Positions 59,834 through 64,000 of a DNA stretch of 64,000 bases are shown in pieces (within the stretch, counting starts at the first letter, position 1; each line of letters opens with the position of its first letter). The stretch lies in the NCBI GenBank assembly GCA_963835065.1, contig CAWIEK010000001.1, positions 161,344-225,343 of the forward strand, written 5' to 3'. Both the position numbers and the translations under genes were made by a program. The notes beneath the pieces were generated by a model. That model was not told the origin of the DNA. It was given only the letters and a program-made list of their open reading frames with translations, and ran no database searches. The stretch comes from an uncultured Chthonomonadaceae bacterium. Its GTDB lineage: Bacteria; Armatimonadota; Chthonomonadetes; Chthonomonadales; Chthonomonadaceae.

Positions 59834-61290
59834 TTGTTCTTCATTATTTTCGACGCCATTTTGAATGCCGTAAGACTGCCCGTAATAACCGGCATTTTAT
59901 ATGCCGGTTACGCAGGCCTGCGGCCAATCGTCCTACGGACGAAACAACTACCAGCGTATTTATACCGCATTGTAGCAGGCTTGTCTTTATTATGATTCTT
60001 TGCGGGTTGCTGTGCTGGATGGGCGTTTCTGCTCATGCAGATGTTGCGCCTGCCGTGCAGCCGTTCCGGGTGGTTTTGCCGGACGGCGTTCGGCTGATTT
60101 TGAAGCCGGAGGCGGAAGCGGATCGGGTGGCTGTTTCCGTGTTCATTCGCGTCGGCGCGGACGCTTCGCCGGATTCCGCAGCCATTGGGGAAATGGTGGC
60201 GCGAACGCTGTTTTATGGCAACGCCAACCGGACGCAGAACAGTATTCAGGCGCTTGCCGGGGAAGTGGGCGGCAGTCTGGACGTGCTGCGTACCGGGGAA
60301 CTGGTTGCCCTTAACTATGTCACCGTTCCCGCGCAATTGCCCGAAGCCCTGCATCTGCTGTGCGATTGCCTGAAAAACGCCGCGTTCGCCCCGGAGAGTC
60401 TGCAGCGCGCCCTGCAAGCCATTCATGAGGAACGCGCAACCGGGCCAAGCGAAACAAATTTCAAGCGCGGTTATGCGGCGGTCAGGCTAATGCTTGGGGA
60501 GGCCGAACCGGAAGAAAGCCAACTGCGCCGCGTCACGCAGGCACAGGCGCAAGCCTACTTTCAGCGCCATTACGCGCCTGCGCAAACCGTCATCTCCCTC
60601 GCAGGCCGTTTTGACATGCCGCGCGTTCAGGGTCTGCTCACCGCTTTTACTGCCGATTACAACCGACGCGGCGCTTTCTTTGTTGCTGCCGATCCTCCCC
60701 AACCCTTAAATGACAACCCACAGCCCTTTTACATATCCGTTTCAGGGTCGTCCGACACTATGTTTGTCGGCACGCCCGCGCCCTCTTCTGCCAGCGCGGA
60801 TTATCCTGCGTTTACGGTGCTGCAGGCGCTGCTCGGCGGCGGCCATGCGTCCCGCTTGTTCCGGCAGTCCCGCGAAACGCTCGGGCTTGGCTATGAAGTC
60901 GGGGCGCTGTATGCGCCGGAGCAGTCTCTCACGCTTGTCGCGTATCTGCAATGGAATACCCAACGGGATGGCGGCGCGAAAAAGGATGCCACCTGGGAAA
61001 CCGCGCGCCGATTGCTTAACGCCCAATTGGATGGCATAAGCGCTAACCCTCCCACAGACGAAGAACTCGCGCGCGCCCGCAATTTTGCCATCGGACAGGA
61101 CGCGCTGCGGCACGAGCGATGCCGTGACCGCGCTTTTCTTTTGGGCTGGTACGAAGCCGTCGGCAAAGGCTATACCTACGACACGGAATTGCCGCGCCGA
61201 CTGGCGGATGTAACCCGCGCGGATATTCTGCGTACTGCTAAGACGTATCTGGGAGTGCGGGCAAACATTCACCTCCAGCCATCCAAGTAG
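59830..61290 (+). CDS. M16 peptidase, non-catalytic partner subunit
   Basis: LPDGVRL; no HxxEH motif; LLGGG..SRLF...RE..GLGY. Confidence 0.85.
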   Translation: MIVLHYFRRHFECRKTARNNRHFICRLRRPAANRPTDETTTSVFIPHCSRLVFIMILCGLLCWMGVSAHADVAPAVQPFRVVLPDGVRLILKPEAEADRVAVSVFIRVGADASPDSAAIGEMVARTLFYGNANRTQNSIQALAGEVGGSLDVLRTGELVALNYVTVPAQLPEALHLLCDCLKNAAFAPESLQRALQAIHEERATGPSETNFKRGYAAVRLMLGEAEPEESQLRRVTQAQAQAYFQRHYAPAQTVISLAGRFDMPRVQGLLTAFTADYNRRGAFFVAADPPQPLNDNPQPFYISVSGSSDTMFVGTPAPSSASADYPAFTVLQALLGGGHASRLFRQSRETLGLGYEVGALYAPEQSLTLVAYLQWNTQRDGGAKKDATWETARRLLNAQLDGISANPPTDEELARARNFAIGQDALRHERCRDRAFLLGWYEAVGKGYTYDTELPRRLADVTRADILRTAKTYLGVRANIHLQPSK

Positions 61291-61422
61291 GCAGTTGATA
61301 GTTGATAGGGATGCAGAAGCGGCGAACTTTCATTGGCCGTCCGCTTAGGAAGGGACTGCGCCCCAACACTTTTTTGAACATACCTGACGCTTCCCACGCG
61401 CTGTTTGCATAGCGAGGACTAT

Positions 61423-62289
61423 ATGCAGCTTCATCATGCGCCGGTGGAACCCCCACAGGCACAGGGAACTATCACTGCCGCCGCAGACATGCCGCGCCTG
61501 AGCGACGCCGACCTGCGCGCGCTGCAAGCCGTCCTGCCCCTCATCGGCTACGAGGCCGGGCAGCCTATTTTCCATTTTGGCGATCCCGGCGATACGGTTT
61601 ACTTCATTGTTTCCGGCAAGGTGCGCTTTTTTCATGTCACGCCGACAGGCGAAGAATTCACGCTGGAGGAAGCGGGCACAGGGAGTTTCTTTGGCGAAGT
61701 CGCCATGCTTCACAGCGGCAAGCGCACGGCTTCGGCACAGGCGATGGAAGCCACCGGCCTGTTGGAACTCCACGGCGAAGAACTCGACGCCGTGATTCAA
61801 AGCCACCCGCATGTTGCCCGCTTGCTGATGGTCGGCATGGCGCAGCGTTTGAGCCGCTCCGGGCAGCAACTGCGCTACGCGACGATTCGCAACGCCAACG
61901 AGGTTGCCGACGAGGAACTGACGGCGCAAACCCGGCGCATGACCCGCCTGACGGAGTTTTTGGGCAGCGGCGGCTTTCTTATTATTTTCGGCGTGTTTTT
62001 GTGCGCGTGGATTCTGCTGACGCGCTGGGAACAGATGGCGGGCGGACTGGAATGGCTTGGACTGGCGCTGTCGGCCCTGCAAATCGTCATCGGCAACTTC
62101 GTCCTCAACAGCCAGCACCGCACCGCCGTACAGGAACGCGCCCTGAGCAAAACCGAGTACGAAGCCAACATCATCGCGGAAAAAGAGATACGCGCCCTCC
62201 ACGTCAAAGTGGAAGCCCAGCACTCCGAACTATTGCGCCAACTTAAGCGTCTGGAAAAACAACAGCGCCCCGACGACAGCCTGTATTAA
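61423..62289 (+). CDS. Cyclic-nucleotide-binding domain + DUF1003-like membrane domain protein
   Basis: IFHFGDPGD.VYFIVSGKV, FFGEVAML...RTASA; RNANEV; two TM helices; NSQHR. Confidence 0.85.
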   Translation: MQLHHAPVEPPQAQGTITAAADMPRLSDADLRALQAVLPLIGYEAGQPIFHFGDPGDTVYFIVSGKVRFFHVTPTGEEFTLEEAGTGSFFGEVAMLHSGKRTASAQAMEATGLLELHGEELDAVIQSHPHVARLLMVGMAQRLSRSGQQLRYATIRNANEVADEELTAQTRRMTRLTEFLGSGGFLIIFGVFLCAWILLTRWEQMAGGLEWLGLALSALQIVIGNFVLNSQHRTAVQERALSKTEYEANIIAEKEIRALHVKVEAQHSELLRQLKRLEKQQRPDDSLY

Positions 62290-62549
62290 CGCTTTCCAGC
62301 CGTTGGCAAACATTTCCCCTGCCTGTTTTCACGCGATTTTGATTGACCAATACAAACCTTTTTGCGGCGTCGTGGCACAATTCAAACCTATAGCGTCCCT
62401 GCGCTTCCCGTCTGTTGCTGACGCAAATCCCGCGTAACTCGGACAGGCGCGTTCCGTTCTTTTCACGTTGTCGGGCAGATAAATCTAGGGGCATTAAATC
62501 AAGCATCTGGTAAACTTCCCAACAATACAAATTGTGAGGTGAGTTCATC

Positions 62550-63143
62550 ATGGCATTCAGCAATTACCAATCCATTTCTGAGGTATTGGAAACGTATAAC
62601 ATCAAATATGAGGATGCCGCCTTTGTCATCCCGACCTCAACGGCTCCAAGCGCCTTTTTTCTCAGTGAACTTCGCTTCAATATTGAAAACATTGATGTGT
62701 ATTCTTCGGAGGGAGCGCGAACAGAACTGATCATTTCGCCTATTCTGCGCGAACTCTACAAGAATTACGTCGAAACGCTGGCGTTTTGGGTTCAGAAACC
62801 GTTGAGCGCCGACCCCTTGCTGTCGGGCGTTCCGGATTACATTTTCGGCACAAAATCACCGTTGGGCATCAAGGTTTTGGGAACGCCGCTTGTCCTCATC
62901 GTCGAAGCCAAAAAGAACGATTTCGAGCAAGGTTGGGGGCAATGCCTCGCGGAATTGGTCGCCGCGCAGATCATCAACAAAGCAACGGCAAAGCCCGTTT
63001 ATGGCATTGTGACCGACGGTTTGCTTTGGCGCATTGGCAAATTGACGGCAAAAGTTTTCACTCAGGACACAGGAAAGTACACAACGGATAACACCGCTCA
63101 GTTGTTCGGCGCGATTGACTTTGTGCTTCAGTCGGCTCTGTAG
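62550..63143 (+). CDS. Restriction-endonuclease-like PD-(D/E)XK fold hypothetical protein
   Basis: SEGARTE.IISPIL, GVPDY, VEAKK, GQCLAELVAAQ, YGIVTDG..W. Confidence 0.75.
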   Translation: MAFSNYQSISEVLETYNIKYEDAAFVIPTSTAPSAFFLSELRFNIENIDVYSSEGARTELIISPILRELYKNYVETLAFWVQKPLSADPLLSGVPDYIFGTKSPLGIKVLGTPLVLIVEAKKNDFEQGWGQCLAELVAAQIINKATAKPVYGIVTDGLLWRIGKLTAKVFTQDTGKYTTDNTAQLFGAIDFVLQSAL

Positions 63144-63175
63144 AGAAAGAAGGCGAAAAGGCGAACCGTCCTCTT

Positions 63176-64000
63176 ATGAAAAAATCTTCCTCACAAACAA
63201 ACCAAAAGACGGGCATCATCCATCCCGACCATGACCGTTTGTTCAAGGAACTCATCACGCTGCTGTTCATTGAATTCCTGCAACTGTTCGCCCCTAATAT
63301 CGCCGCTTTGATTGACCCGGACAGCATCGAATTCGTGGACAAGGAAATGTTCGCGCCGTTTCTTCAGTCCCAAGAGTACGAGGTAGATATTCTCGTCAAG
63401 TGCAAAATTGCCGGAGAAGAACGCTTTGTCTTCATTCATATCGAAAACCAGGCCAAAAAGCAGAGCGGATTTGGCGGCAGAATGTTCAATTATTTTGTCG
63501 TCGTTCGCGCAAAGTTCGGACTGCGGATTTATCCCATCGCTCTGTTCTCTTATGACAGGCCCAGGAAAGCCGAGCAGGAGACTTACATTGAAACTGAATT
63601 TGGCATGGACGTTGTCCGCTATCAGTTCCAAACCATTCAACTCAATCGTCTGAAATGGCAGGATTACATCGGAAGCAACAATCCCGTCGCTGTCGCGCTG
63701 ATGGCAAAAATGAATGTCAAGCCCGAAGACCGCGGCACCGTGAGAAAGGAGTTCTATACCCTGTTCTCAACAGGCAAACTGAATGTCCAACAGACACGTA
63801 TCATCAATGAGTTCATGAAGTCGTATTTGAAACTGACTGCTGCACAGTATGATCAAATTCGAGAGGAGATGGAAGCCGCCATGCCTGCACAAACAAAACA
63901 ACAGTACACCGCGATTATGGAGAATTTCGAGGTTGCCGCTTACGAGCGCGGGGAGCGTAGCGCGGCAATTAACCTGACACTGCGCCAGACCGAGAAGCGT
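63176..64000 (+). CDS. Rpn/YhgA-like recombination-promoting nuclease, runs off the right edge
   Basis: Manual translation: DHDRLFKEL, DKEMF, VDILVK, FIHIENQ, RMFNY, NPVAVALMAKM; no stop before the edge. Confidence 0.85.
   Translation, partial: MKKSSSQTNQKTGIIHPDHDRLFKELITLLFIEFLQLFAPNIAALIDPDSIEFVDKEMFAPFLQSQEYEVDILVKCKIAGEERFVFIHIENQAKKQSGFGGRMFNYFVVVRAKFGLRIYPIALFSYDRPRKAEQETYIETEFGMDVVRYQFQTIQLNRLKWQDYIGSNNPVAVALMAKMNVKPEDRGTVRKEFYTLFSTGKLNVQQTRIINEFMKSYLKLTAAQYDQIREEMEAAMPAQTKQQYTAIMENFEVAAYERGERSAAINLTLRQTEKR

Noticed and set aside
63191..63640. 149-aa minus-strand ORF
   Set aside because: It is antisense to the Rpn-family gene on the plus strand, which the track missed because it has no stop.
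62550..64000. Two adjacent PD-(D/E)XK genes as a defence system
   Set aside because: Both belong to commonly multi-copy families; no methylase, ATPase or other partner is visible and the locus is cut by the window edge.

Overview
GC-rich bacterial chromosomal window. Gene content (prepilin/H-X9-DG protein, secreted ankyrin proteins, Tat-exported oxidoreductase, heptamer intergenic repeats) suggests an Armatimonadota-like organism; this is inference only. It carries about 45 CDS, tRNA-Val(GAC), a lone tRNA-Sec, an internally deleted IS200/IS605 tnpB element and several small non-autonomous elements (MITEs, REP-like palindromes). Four otherwise intact genes each have a single frameshift, probably from assembly indels. 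There are two best candidates for an undescribed system. (1) A translationally coupled pair of related AAA_35-type P-loop proteins at 5270-10338: one is fused to a SARP winged-helix/BTAD activator, the other to a transmembrane helix and WD40 propellers. The pair sits behind helically phased direct repeats and may be a kinase-free transmembrane signalling module. (2) An alpha-oxoamine-synthase-family gene divergent from a membrane-sensor GAF-GGDEF-HD-GYP gene (11660-16254), a possible signal synthase/receptor pair. All family calls come from motif recognition by eye; no database search was run.
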